A stretch of DNA of 64,000 nt. Origin: Octopus vulgaris. Its lineage: Eukaryota. The stretch lies in contig OX597817.1 in NCBI GenBank assembly GCA_951406725.2, positions 55,304,001 to 55,368,000 of the forward strand, in the 5' to 3' direction. Positions 1 through 13,100 of this stretch are shown piece by piece; within the stretch, counting starts at the first letter, position 1; every line of letters begins with the position of its first letter. The notes beneath the pieces are model-generated. The model worked only from the letters and a program-made list of their open reading frames with translations, ran no database searches and was not told the DNA's origin. The position numbers and the translations under genes are program-made.

Positions 1-765
1 GGACAGGGTGTGTGTATGTATGTATTTGTGTATCTGTGTGTGTGTGTGTGCGTGTGTGTACGTCCAGATATGACGTCACAAGTTCGGTCATGCTTGTCTG
101 AGTGGCCAAGATTTAGACATTTATTTAAACGAAAAACTAAAAAAAAAATTCAAACAAAAAGCAGAAACGAAAAATATAAAAAACAACTACGAAAATATAA
201 AAACAAATAAAAAAGAAGTAAAATCGTAGAAAAGTTTAAGTGTCGATCAATAATTACTTTTAGTCATTATCGATTATATTTTATTTACTTATTTATATTT
301 GAGTGATTGGTTGGCCCTAAAACTAATTATTGTTTATTTTTTTATTATTATTTCTGTTGTTGTTGTTCTTTCACTTAATCTAATCGTAGTTTAGCAAAGT
401 CAAATTTCCATTCTGGAAGTGAAATCATTAAATTTTTTTGGCTTTTTGTTTTATTATTATTTGTTTGTTTGTTTTTTATTTAATGTTTCGTTTGTTTTTG
501 TTGTGTGTTTTGTTATTTATATCTTCAGTGGTCCATTTTGTAGTTTCAGGAAGGAGAACCCCCACCCCCCACACCGACCCATCTCTTATGCACCACTCTT
601 TCGCTTTCTTTCTCTCTCACTCTGTTTCTTTTCCAGCTTTTTCTCTCTCTCTCTCTCTCTCTCATTTTCTCTCTCTTTCTATTTTTGTCATTCCGTCTAT
701 CTGTCTGTCTCACTCTCCCTCTCTTCCTCTCTCCCTCTCTCTCTCCCTCTCTCTCTCTCTTTCTC

Positions 766-1085
766 TCTAATATTTGTCTATTGCCCGCTCTTCTAGTGCT
801 CTTTCTCTTTCTCAGGCTCTCTCTCTCTCAAACTCGCTCTCTCAGACTCTCTCTCTCTCTTCCCCCCACTTTCTCTCTTTCTATCTAATATTTATTTATC
901 GCCTGTTTTTCTAGTACAGTCTCTCTCAATCTCTCTCTCTCAAGATCTCTCTTTCTCAAAAACTCTTTATCAAACTCCCTCTCTCAAACTCCCCCACACT
1001 CTCCCCCTCTTTCTATCTAATATTTATTTATTGCCTGATTTTCCAGTACCCTTTCTCTCTCTCTTTCTCAAACTCTCTTAAACTC
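766..1085. repeat. degenerate minisatellite (3 x about 125 bp) in a CT-rich tract
   Basis: tctaatattt.t.tat.gcc.g..tt.tc.agt.c recurs at about 766, 884 and 1016. Confidence 0.6.
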
Positions 1086-1636
1086 GTGCTCTCTTTCTCA
1101 AACTCACACACACTCTCTCTCTCTCTTTCATGCACACAACCATACATACGTACATGCATACACACACATAACCACATACGCAGGCACGCACATATATGGC
1201 TACCCAAGCACACATATACGATATTTGCATCGATTCTTCTCCAAAATACATCAAGGGTTTGGGAGGTGGGGTGAGAGGAGAAACTAAATAAAGGAACAAT
1301 AATTGTTGTTGTTTGTATTTCATGTTGTTGTTTTTGTTAAAACTGAAGTAGTTTTATTTTTTTAATTAAATCTGCAAAATTCTCCAACAAGGTTCGTAAC
1401 AGGCGGAAAGATAAAATTCTTTTGTCGTTTTCCCCCACTCACTTCTTATCTTCTCTAAAAATATTTTGTTAGTGTTTCATTGTCAACATGCAAGAAAACG
1501 GCATAGATGTCACTCATTCTTCACATTACTTTATATTTTTTTAAATTAACAATGGACGCTTGTGGATTTACACACTTCACTCAAACAAAAATAAACCAAC
1601 TTAAACTAACATAGAGATTGATGCTTGAGTAATATT

Positions 1637-2235
1637 TATTTCTTTATTGCCCACAGGGGGCTAAACAAAAAGGGGGCAAACAAGAACAGACAAAAGGCGA
1701 TAGTCGATTACATCGATTCCAATGCGTAACTGATACTTATTTAATCAACCACGAAAGGCTAGAAGGTAAAGTCGAGCTCGGCGGAATTTGGACTCAGAAC
1801 GTAACGGCAGACGAAATACCTATTTCTTTACTACCCACAAGGGGCTAAACACAGAGAGGACAAACAAGGACAGACAAACAGATTAAATCGATTATATCGA
1901 CCCCAGTGCGTAACTGGTACTTCATTTATCGACCCCGAAAGAATGAAAGGCAAAGTCGACCTCGGCGGAATTTGAACACAGAACGTAGTGGCAGACGAAA
2001 TACCTATTTTTTTACTACCCACAAGGGGCTAAACACAGAGATGACAAACAAGGACAGACAAACAGATTAAGTCGATTATATCGACCCCAGTGCGTAACTG
2101 GTACTTAATTTATCGACCCCGAAAGAATGAAAGGCAAAGTCGACCTCGGCGGAATTTGAACTCAGAACGTAGCAGCAGACGAAATACCGCTAAGCATTTC
2201 GCCTGGCGTTCTAACGATTCTGCCAGCTCGCCTTA
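1637..2235 (-). mobile_element. SINE family B trimer (Meta-domain-like core)
   Basis: Three head-to-tail units of about 177 bp containing (minus strand) gagttcaaattcc and gcctttcat.ctttcggggtcgataaattaagtaccag, with the head only on the first unit. Confidence 0.85.
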
Positions 2236-4083
2236 TTGAATTTAATAATAGTTGCTGAAATTAAAACAATGTTGGGAATTCTGAGGTGAAGCTGTAGCCG
2301 ATTACAACGACCCCAGTATTTCACTCGTACTTTATTTTTGTCAACCCAGCAAGAATGAAAGTAAAGGACTTCGGCGGAATTTGAGCTCAGGATGTAAAGA
2401 CGAACGATTTGTTGCTAAGCATTTTCCCTGACTTGCTACAGATTCTGCCATCTTGTCACCTTGCTGCTGTTGTAATATTCGAGTCACATTCCAGTTATTT
2501 GGAGCTACTTTGGCTTGCAAATGTGAAGGCATAATTTCATTTAGAATGTTTTACTAGTCATGACATAGCGACCCATTTGTGAGCAGGAGTAGTGTGGCCG
2601 TCACCGTAACGAGGTCCTGGTTTCAGATTTTCCTTGCTGTCGCATCTCGGACGGATGATTATCTCAGAAGATAAAACGCTCTGACGTGAAAGAGAAACGT
2701 GTTATTCCGTATTTGAAGTCCACAACAGTAAGTCTTCGTTACAAAAAGAAAATAATTTCGCCGGAGAAGGAAGAGACTCCATTTGACATGGATGTCCATT
2801 TTACAAGGATGAGCAGAAGAGATGACAATTGAAGCAGCAGAAACTCTACTCATGCTGTTTCAACTGACTTGTGTTTCCTATTTCCATCATCATTGTTTCA
2901 TCTAACCGCAAGGTGGCGCGCTAAGTACTGCACTTAGTCATTTATCTCGTAGAATATAGCCCCACAGGAAAGACCTCGCAACTGATGTCTGTCTGCAAGT
3001 GTTTAATTGCAAGACCGGATTCGGAAATCCTACATTATGGCATGAGCCATAATCTATCCTTCACATGAGCCACATAAGGAAAAAAAACTATGGTATTTAC
3101 TTTGCTCTTTCAGTGTTCGATATCCTCATTCATCGGTTCAGATTTAACGTATGAAATATTTTGGTGAAATTAAATTATGAAATCCTCTTAAAACATTGGA
3201 GATGTGCCTTGTGAAGCAGTTACGTTGTCAGTCGATATTCCTGAAACAGGTGTCAAGTAATAGTAAAACAAAAATAATGGATATATACATATGATAAAAT
3301 CGACCTTCTTTCAGCAGAAAGGCTCAAGACTTTCAATGCTATTAGGATGAAACAAGAACCTTACGTCTCTGGCCAGGAAGCCAATCCCTCACATGGTTAT
3401 TCCCCCAACTGCTGTTGGTACTTGTTTTCACATTAGTGTACGTGAGCAATGCATAAAGAAGTGTTTATTGAAGAACACAAAGCGCTGCTCGATTTCACAA
3501 CGGAACCCACAACCTAACAATTGTGAGTGTAACACTCTTACAACTAGAGCACAAAGCCTGACGCTTTATTGTTTGTCAATTTTCGTCGTTAGTATGTGTC
3601 ACCAGGGCTGACATTAGTCTAAAACAAGTATCACAACACCGTCACAAACAGCATTATTCAAGAAATATAGAGGTCTATCAGCCTAAAACAAATATTGTGT
3701 AAGGTTTCTTCAAATAACCAATTCTCAAAAAAAGGAAATTTCAGATAATGTAATCTTACTCATATTATATCTGGACCATTAAGATGAGATAGTCATGGCT
3801 GGAAAGTCGACTTTTAATATTCTTTTCTATTCTTGGCATAAGGCCCGAATTTTTTGCGGTCGATTACATTGATTCCAGAACTTATTCTATCGGGCTGTTC
3901 TGCCGAATTGCTAAGTTACGGGGACGTAAACGCACCAACTTGAAGGGATAGTGGGGATAAACACAAGCACATAAATATATACTTACATACATGCATACAT
4001 ACATACATACATACATACATACATACATACATACATACATACATACATACATGCATACATGCATGCATGCATGCATACATACA

Positions 4084-4117
<34 letters not shown>

Positions 4118-4118
<1 letters not shown>

Positions 4119-5399
4119 CAGTTCTGTCCGATTTTAGCTTTTTTAAAATAGAATGAAATTTAATAGTGTTTTAGAATGTCTAATGGAATGAAAAATTATT
4201 TTTATGCATTTGTGTACATTTAAACTAATTAAATATTATTTTACAGAATAATAGAATTAAAATTTCTTTGGTTAAAACCTTTTATAACATGGAAATATCC
4301 AAAGAGCATTTAAGGCACATAATGCTTTATGAGTACAAAAAAGGAAACTCTGCAGCCGAAGCGACTCGAAACATACACTCAGTTTATGGGAAAGAATGCT
4401 TGAATGAAATAACTTGCAGAAGATGGTTTGCAAAATTCAGAAGTAGAGATTTCAGCCTTGAAGATGAAGATAAAACAGGACGTCCAGTTGAGTTTGATGA
4501 TAAGCACCTTGAGGCATTGCTTGAAGAAAATCTTGCATTATCAGTTGAAGAATTGGCAATAAAGCTTAGTTCAAACCATACAACTGTTCATCGTCATCTT
4601 CAACAACTTGGAAAGATTCTTAAACTTGGAAAATGGGTGCCTCATGAATTGTCCGAAAGCAACCGCAAATCCCGAGTTGACATCTGCTCTTCTCTCCATT
4701 CTCGCGAACTCATTTCACCTTTTTTGAATAAACTTGTGACTGATGACGAAAAATGGATCTTCTATCGAAATGCTAAACGTCGTAAACAGTGACTAGGTAG
4801 AAGGGAAAAAGCTCAACCACAACCGAGAAGGCAACTTCATGGGAAAAAGGTTCTTCTCTCTATCTGGTGGGATTTCAAAGGAGTAATTCACCTTGAATTG
4901 TTACCGCCTGTTATCACCTAATGCAACAATCAATGCTCAAGTCTACTGCCAGCAATTAGAGCATTTGAATCAAGCTGTGAAGAAAAAAAGACCGCTTTTT
5001 TTAATCGAAAAGGAGTGATGTTTCATCAGGACAATGCACGACCCGACACTGCAAAATCATATCACAGAAAATCGAAAACCTTGGTTGGGAAAAAATTCCT
5101 CATCCACCTTATTCTCCCGACCTTGCTCCTTCAGGTTACCATTTGTTGCGTAGTTTACAGAATCATTTGGGGGACATAACTTTCGCATGCCAGGAGGAGG
5201 TCGAAACTGACATTTCAAAGTTCTTCGCTTTGAAACCAAAAGAGTTTTACATTGATGGGATTAAAAATCTTGTAAATAGATGGAAGGAAATCATAGATAA
5301 TCAGGGAAAGTACATTGATGATTAAATTTCAATTAAATATAACATTTGATCACTTGTTTTCTTTCTTCAAAATTCGGACAAAACTTATGGGATGACCTG

Positions 5400-5400
<1 letters not shown>
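4118..5400 (+). mobile_element. mariner (DD34D) DNA transposon, near full length, inactivated
   Basis: Flanked by TA on both sides. Right TIR reads ...ttcggacaaaacttatgggatgacctga; left TIR tca|gttctgtccga has lost about 13 nt. Encloses a transposase pseudogene and sits in the microsatellite inside a SINE. Confidence 0.95.
4289..5325 (+). pseudogene. mariner transposase pseudogene
   Basis: N-terminal HTH region (MEISKEHLRHIMLYEY...), WVPHEL, VTDDEKW, FHQDNARP and YSPDLAPSGY (third catalytic D changed to G), ending GKYIDD*. Premature TGA at 4790-4792 and downstream frameshifts. Confidence 0.95.
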
Positions 5401-5439
<39 letters not shown>

Positions 5440-6619
5440 GACGAGCTGCTTTCAGTTTCCGTCTACTAAATCTACTCATAAGACTTTAGTCGGCCCGAGG
5501 CTATAGTAGAAGATACATGCCCAAGGTGATACGTAGTGGGACTAAACCCGGAACCATGTGGTTGGGAAGCAAGCTTCTTACCACAACCACTTCTGCGCCT
5601 ATGGTTGTTATTTCTTGCAGAATGACCTATCATATAGAGAATTCCTCATTGTTTCGAATGTAACTGATTAAAAGTCCCTACTGGTTGCATGTGAGCTGCA
5701 AAGCTTTAGTTTTAGAAAAACAGAACAGAAAGTCTCTGAGACTAGTATTTTGGAAGAGGCCTTCACCAGAAATCAATGATAGATTATTTCGCTGAACGGA
5801 AGTTTCTGCTGTAAAGATAAAAATAAAGAAAAAAAACGAAGTAAAAATGTCGTTCAAATGAAGAGAAACTCGTGCGAGGTTTCCTGTGTAGCACAGAAGG
5901 AATGATACGTCAATCATAAGTTGGACCGAGACGTCACGCAGGTGTCATAGACAAGACATGACGTGAGGGGAAGTTAGAGGCTAGCCAAATACTGTGTGCT
6001 AAAGACGGTTCGAAGTTGACAAGACCATATCGCATTAAATATGAATTGTTGCGAACCGGTTTGTGAGTTTGTCAATGCATGTGTACGTGAGAGAAAGAGA
6101 GAAATGGACAGGGAGAGAAAGGGAGAGCGAAGAAAAAGAGAGATAACGAGAAAATAAAGTTAATAAAATACGAATAAAATATCTCCTTCATCATAGAACG
6201 AGAATCTCATACATTATTCCAAGACACAACTTTTTGCACCAATCACACATCACTCCTTCATTCCAATACTTCTATCTTTAAACTTCCGTATTTCCACCCC
6301 ATTCTTCCGGTATTATCTTCTTCTTCTTCTTCTTCTTCTTCTTCTTCTTCTTCTTCTTCTTCTTCTTCTTTCTCCCTTTCTTTATTTCTCGTCCATCAGT
6401 TTTTCCCATTTTCCCACCTCCTCTGCCTCTCGGCATTAACTGTTTCTCATTTACTTATAACTTTTTCTCTTCTTTTTCTTCAAACTACTACTACTACTAC
6501 TACTTCAACCCCAACATTCATCATTATCTATTTCCGCCATATTTTATCATCTTTTAACCATATCGTTTCTGTTTCACATTTCGAAAGTTCAGCGCCCTCC
6601 TCATCGCGGCGGAGATTAT

Positions 6620-6920
6620 CGGTGTTATGCCCCTCACTCGTCATTTCCCAAACATCACCACCATCACCACTATCGTCAACCACACAAACCTCAGCAACAT
6701 CTGCGCAATAGGGAGAACGTTTACCACTGTGATCGATCGAATCATCATCATGAACATCATGGTCATCATCATCATCATCATTACCATCCCCACCACCACC
6801 ATCATCATTGTCATCAACATCATTGTCATTATCATCATCATCACCATCATCACACCACCACTACCTCCAACATCATCATCGTTATCCTCATCATCATTAT
6901 CCTCATCATTATTGTCATCG

Positions 6921-6953
<33 letters not shown>

Positions 6954-7130
6954 CTATCATCATCATCACTATCATCATCATCACTGTCATCATCATCACT
7001 ATCATCATCGTCATCATCATTATCTTCACCACAAGCACAACCACCACCACCACCACCACCACCACCACCATCGTCATCACCAGCCTCGTCTCTCTCCTCC
7101 ACCTCCTCCTCCTCCTCATCATCATCATCA
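6620..7130. repeat. compound trinucleotide microsatellite (CAT/CAC/CCT)
   Basis: Runs of catcat, caccac and cctcct, open in several frames on both strands. Confidence 0.85.
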
Positions 7131-7399
7131 CAGACGTTAATTATGTCTCCATGTTGTTTTTTCTCCAACTCTCTAAACTTACCCACGCACCCTACCGAAT
7201 AACCGTACCACAACCAAACTACTACAAATTCCACCACCACCACCACCTCACTCACCGTAACAAAGTTATTTGGCCTCCCCCACCTGTACGACGACCAATG
7301 CTATTCGCACTTTCCACCCCATCTACAGCCCATATTACAAGGCCTATCCTCAATTTGCTTCAGTCGTTACGCAGTATATATATATATATATATATATCA

Positions 7400-7454
7400 G
7401 GAGCTTCCTGATGATTTCTTTTGAATGAAACAGTTCTAGTCCTGTAGAAGCTCC
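7400..7454 (+). ncRNA. type I hammerhead ribozyme motif
   Basis: Stem I ggagcttc/gaagctcc (8 bp), core CTGATGA at 7408-7414, stem II ttc-tttt-gaa (U.U at 10.1/11.1), GAAA at 7427-7430, stem III acag/ctgt, GTA triplet with predicted cleavage 3' of 7446. Flanked by (TA)n. Confidence 0.8.
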
Positions 7455-7462
7455 TTCTATAT

Positions 7463-7509
<47 letters not shown>

Positions 7510-7627
7510 GCTTCTTTCAGTTTCCGTCTACCAAATTCACTCGCAAGGCTTTGGCCAGTTCGTGGCTATAGAAGACACTTGCCCATGGTGCCAAGTTTCG
7601 AACCACACAGGCATTCCTGCGCCTATG

Positions 7628-7734
7628 AAAAAATATGGAACGCTTCTGTTATTTGCGTGTCATCCTTACGCAGGGGCCATGCTAATCTTCTGTGTATCGT
7701 TCCAATTTTAGAATATTACCGCCGTAGCTATAAC
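7628..7734 (-). ncRNA. U6: U6 snRNA full-length copy, divergent (variant or pseudogene)
   Basis: Minus strand reads gttatagctacggcggtaatattctaaaattggaacgatacacagaagattagcatggcccctgcgtaaggatgacacgcaaataacagaagcgttccatatttttt, matching metazoan U6 over about 106 nt. The ACAGAGA box reads ACACAGA and there is no obvious upstream TATA. Confidence 0.92.
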
Positions 7735-8499
7735 AAGATTAAAAAAAGCTACAGAGGTCATACGACCACAGAAAAATAAAGTAGCACCGCTTCTTGCACA
7801 GGTGTTTATTTATTATCTCTCAATATATTTTTTATAAATAAACAGAACATTGGATAGCTGCTTCTGTTATGAACGGATGAAAGAGAAAACAGTCGTTATG
7901 TTCATCAATAGAACCTCCGGGATATGAACCGTTCGGTTTAACATTTCTTTTCATCATAGAAGACTGGGAAATATAACCAACGCTAAAGATATAATCAACC
8001 TTTCCAGAGACAAACCATTCATTTTGGCAGACTCTCAAATATAGGAACCAACATAAATTTTGCCAACGAAACAGATGATCGGTGAAACTGATAGAGTGCA
8101 AGCAAAACAAAATATCTTATTTTGTTATCTCAAGTCTTTTATAACACCAGTCTGAGGTACATGTTTTCGGACACACACACACACACACACACACACCACA
8201 GGCACAAATGATCAGTAACTACCTCGACGAAGAGGATAGTATAAATGTCGATGAGGCCATCTACAATAATATAAACCCTATATTTCAAATACATAACCCC
8301 GCCAAACTATTGTTGGTTTTAAACATGTAAGCCCAATCATCTCGTTCTTCATATTTTGTACTAATTATCCTCGTATGAATAACCTTGTCATTAGGTTTAA
8401 AAGACGTGTTTTCATTTGCAGTCGTAAATAGCGTAACTATGTAGCATCAAAGATTTAATATCCCAGAATTTATTGTTTCAAATTTCGATAAACAAATCT

Positions 8500-9940
8500 G
8501 ATGAATGTTAAAAGGAGAAAGAAAAATCACTTTTCTTTAACAGCCTCCTGAAAATACAAAGACTAAAGGATTTTCCAGATGCAGATGTGGAAGGAAACAC
8601 TGAATAAATGTAAATAGGCCCCCGATGATCTGAAACAAAGACTTATAATAGTGGATTCTTCATGCCTTTTAACTACCTTAATTATCTTTTTGAAATTACT
8701 TTGATCCTTCATAACATGTTACATCAGTAAATGCTTCCTTTCTAGGAGGCGATGATTAGTTATTGCTGTTCTCAGATATTGTGTGGTGAAACACAGAGAA
8801 AAAGTTCCTAAAAAGATTACCTAAGTTCCTTCTGGATTCTGCTACACTTATTCAAGAAATAAACTATTTCACTTTCAATTGTTGTTATGGGATAGCTATG
8901 GTGACAAAAGTCGTTTCTACTTACACATCTCTTGTTAATGCGTTCTTGGAACGGAAACTTAAGATGTGGTGACCAAATTTGGTATCGATCTTGCCAGGCA
9001 TATCAAATCATCAAGTAAATGGTACTGAAATATGTTTTGTACTTGGATAAGACCTGATTAATACTGAAAGAATTTTCTAGTGTTTTAAATAATTTACACA
9101 AATAAAATTTACAAAAGAATACAAGTAGCTATCCTGGAAATCACAATAATTAAAAAGAGAACCAATTTAAAAATTGTCTCCTTTTGGCACTAATATATAC
9201 CAATATTAAAATTCCAGTTCATGCGGCTTAACCAATACAGGGTAGTATTCCCTTGATGTGACTTCGGAAAATATGTACAATAATTGACGACAGAGGAACT
9301 ATAAGCAAACGCTTGCAAGGATTAGGAAAATGTTTAATCGGACCCGATCATCCGCTACCACTGATAAAATATGTAATCGAAAACCTCCAGCAAATATTGA
9401 TACAAAGTTTTTGTTTTAAAGGATAAATGGAGGCAGAGAAAAAGAAAGTATACGGTGCTGCACGAATCGGTAAATATTAAAACGATAGCTTAAAGCAAAA
9501 TACATCCGTAAAATGATCTGGGGGAATTTGACCAGGATGAAAGCAGAAAAAAATTACTGTAAATATTTATGTAGACAGTCAACGTGTTACTCGCCAATAT
9601 GTTTGTTCCGGTAGGCAATTAACGACAAAGTATGGTACGACCATATATCTACGCACAAATACTGACTTGCAACAACAAGAATATTATATATATCATTGAA
9701 TTCAACCAGGGAGAGGGGAAGAATTTTTTAATGGACAAATCGGAAATGATTTAATAGAGAGGATACGGATACTCTGACAACACATAAGAGAACAACAACA
9801 CAGCAATGTGCCAATATATTGGATAGCTGTAGTCGAAGAACTTTTTAAGACATTTCCTTTGTTTTAAATGGACAGAAAGTGTGACAATAAAAAGTTTACT
9901 GTAATATTGTATTGAAAAGTTCAAACCAAAATTAACTGGA
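8500..9940 (+). mobile_element. Penelope-like retroelement, degenerate RT + GIY-YIG endonuclease
   Basis: Broken-frame motifs: FFNSLLKIQ (~FYGLPKIH), PDDLKQRLIIV (~PxDLKxRPIV), LIQEINYFTFN, GIAMVTKVVSTYTSLVNAFLERKL (~GTAMGTKxAPTYA) at about 8889, LTCNNKNIIYII...GQIGNDLIERIRI*QHIR at about 9662-9800, and IEKFKPKL at about 9911. Confidence 0.85.
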
Positions 9941-12425
9941 TATTACTATCACGAACAATTTCCTTCATTTCAATATTTTTCAATTATCTCTTTCAGGAAA
10001 GTTCGTCCATTAACCTCTCTTCAAAGAATAGAGCACCATATTTACTGATTAAAAATATAATCTTCGTGGCTATGTGGTAAAAAGCTTACTTCACAACCAC
10101 TTGGTTCCGGGTTCAGTCACACTACGCCTTACATTTGGGGCCTTAGAGAAGTGTCTTTCCTCGGACTTGTGAGTGTATTTGGAGGGTGGAAACTGAAACA
10201 AGTGAAAGATAAAGGATAAAAGATAGCCAACATCCAGAGAATATCTTTAAATACATTGTCAGGGATGACTTTTCCATGATATAACAATCTATATACACAC
10301 AAATGTACACGCTACCTGCCCCACCATTTGGAGGGCCCCAAACAAAAACATTGATTACCATGATATCCCCCAAACAAGCTGCTTTCTTTTTATTCTTACC
10401 CCAGCTCTACAGACACGTAGTCGATCTCGGCTCGCTTAGCAACGCCAATTTCGCCACTTTCACAAACTTCCGTAAGACTTACTGGAAGAAAGGACCACCA
10501 TATTATCAGTTTCCTCTTTGAACAGTACTTAAAGAAACTAATGGGTGTTTTACCTGAGAGAAAGTTCTCTGACCTGAAATATTTCAAGTGCACCCGTCAT
10601 GAATATTCCTTTACCACAGCCTCTAGGCAAAGAAAAGATCCCTATTCTTTGCTAAGTTACTCGGTACAAGGGTATTCATAACAGACTCGCCTGATATGTT
10701 AGACAGCGTTACTCTTAAGCATATCAAACATTCTTAGTGAATACTCGAGCACCAAAACTTACAGAATAGCCATAAAGTGACATTATTAATAGACTGAGTG
10801 ACTGGTAGTAAATGTTTTCCATAAATGGCTGTTTAGCTTGACCACCGTACATTGTAGGGGTCAAATATCTGGAGATAGACTAAACCCACTTAGTGATGCA
10901 GAACCCATTGAACACTTTGATTAAATGTGATCAGAAGTCGTCCTTGTTAGATCGAATACTATTATGGTGTGCGATAGGGTACGTGAGGCGGTGGCTTAGT
11001 GACCAAATCTGTTAAGGATCGCAGACTACACAAACCGATGACAACCAAACATCGTTTTGGACAGCATCTTTGATACAAAACCAATAACACTCTGCAGTTA
11101 TGACCTTCAAGCTGTCTACGATGTCTTCCTTGTTCCAGTTCGTCTTCATCTCAACTTACGCCGATTTCAAATGCTCCCGAATTTGTTGCCAATTAGAAGA
11201 GATTGTCGCAAAAGCATTAGCAACCAAGCCGAGCGTGTAACTATATAGGTTGCAATACAAATCGATCGCTATCTATTGGTTTTTTTCCATCGCAAACCCT
11301 CTAAACATAAGATGCTATTTCACCGGCTGAAATAATGATTTCGCAGCAGATTAAACAATTAAAACAATCGTCTCTATTCTGTGGCTTCTCCCGAACATTT
11401 AACAAAATGCCGGTGAGGAACTTCTCGCGTCTGTTTGGAGTCGGACAACAAGCAACGACTAGGGTCCTACAGGGATCAAAGTATGGGTTTGTTTTCACGC
11501 TATGCTTCCGTCAGCCACAGCATCGAATAGCTTTCGTGCTTATACGAGCCGTAACGATGATAATAATATTTAATAAAACTTAATGGATAGCCCTCAGCCT
11601 TTTTAAAAAAATAACGTTATAAACCTTTTGGATATCAACAAAATAATACGTCTAATAATTAAAATAACTAAAGCAACACTTATAAAAATAGTTTTAATGA
11701 AAATGACGCTATTCTAATATATAGCGAGATAAATTATATTAGTCGAAGTCATAGTAGCAGTAATAGTAGCAGGAGGAGCGCATTACTCCGAATAGTAGTA
11801 GTAGTAGTAGTAGTAGTAGGTGGTGGTGGTGATGACTGCAAAAACAATGGCAATAGAAGCCATGAAGATTTTTATCATTACATCCATCTTCGTCGACATC
11901 GTTATCGTCCTCCTTAATATTATCTCATAATTATGATTATAGTTTTTATTATTAATAATATTATTATCATTATTAAAGTGATTAATTAACAAAGACCATT
12001 CAAATATACAATGGAGCATATACAGAAACAAACAAAAAAACATAAAAGAAACCACAGAAATAAAGAAGTAAAATGGCCGACATTTTTCTAGATTATTTTG
12101 TTGTTTCTGTTGGTTATATACGTGTCTTTATTTTGTTTTGTTTTGTTTTATTTCTGCTATATTTTTGTGTTTAGCTCCAACATTAGGTTTTAAATGTTGG
12201 ACTAATGGAATCAACGTTCCCTTTTAAATGAAATAATGATCATATTTAATATTGGTTTCTGGAAGACCTTGCTCTTTGTTCTTTCGGCCATCACAGAGAT
12301 CATGCAGAATTTTAAGAATAACTGAAACAATGTTTAAATATAGCGTCCATTGTTCTATTGCGTCCGCACCGCTCCCCTACTCTCTCTAGCTATCTCTCGG
12401 CTTCTCTCCCTCCCCTTCTCTCACC

Positions 12426-12481
<56 letters not shown>

Positions 12482-12489
12482 TTCTCTCT

Positions 12490-12586
12490 CTCTCATATTC
12501 TTCAATCTGTTCCCTCATTCTCTCGCCCCGCTACACTGCCACACGCACATACCTATCTCTCAAAGATTTCTCACCCTTTCTAATTC

Positions 12587-12620
<34 letters not shown>

Positions 12621-13100
12621 CCCTCTTCCTCTCTCTCCCGCTCTCTTTGCCTCTCTCTCACTCTCTCCCATCCACTTTCTCTCTCTCATCACTTCTTTCT
12701 CTATCTTTCTCTCTCTCTTATCCCCTCTCACTTATCCCCTCTCTCTCTCTCATACTCTTCAATCTGCTCCCTCCATCTCTCTCCCCTCTACCCTCGTACA
12801 CACACACCTACCTCTCACAGATCTTTCACCCTTTCTAATTCCTCCTCTCTCTCTCCATCTTTCCCTCTCCCATCTTTCCTGCCCTTTTTGCCTCTCTCTC
12901 AATCTCTCTCTCACTCTCTCTCACGCTCTCTCTCTCTCTCCCATACTGTCCTATCTCCTCCATCCATCTCTCTCCCTGCTGCACTCGTATACACACACCT
13001 ATCTCTCACAGATTTCCCACCCTTTTTAATTCCTCCTCTCTTTCTCTCTCTCACTGCCTCTCCCCTCTCTCCCGCTCTCTTTGCCACTCTCTCGCTGTCT
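12490..13100. repeat. degenerate minisatellite (3 units) in a CT-rich tract
   Basis: acac.ta(c/t)ctc.ca.agat.t..caccctt.t.taattcc recurs at about 12545, 12800 and 12990. Confidence 0.6.

Noticed and set aside
6627-7255. 191- and 204-aa ORFs on opposite strands
   Set aside because: They come from CAT/CAC/CCT trinucleotide repeats that are stop-free in several frames, with no domain or clear splice structure.
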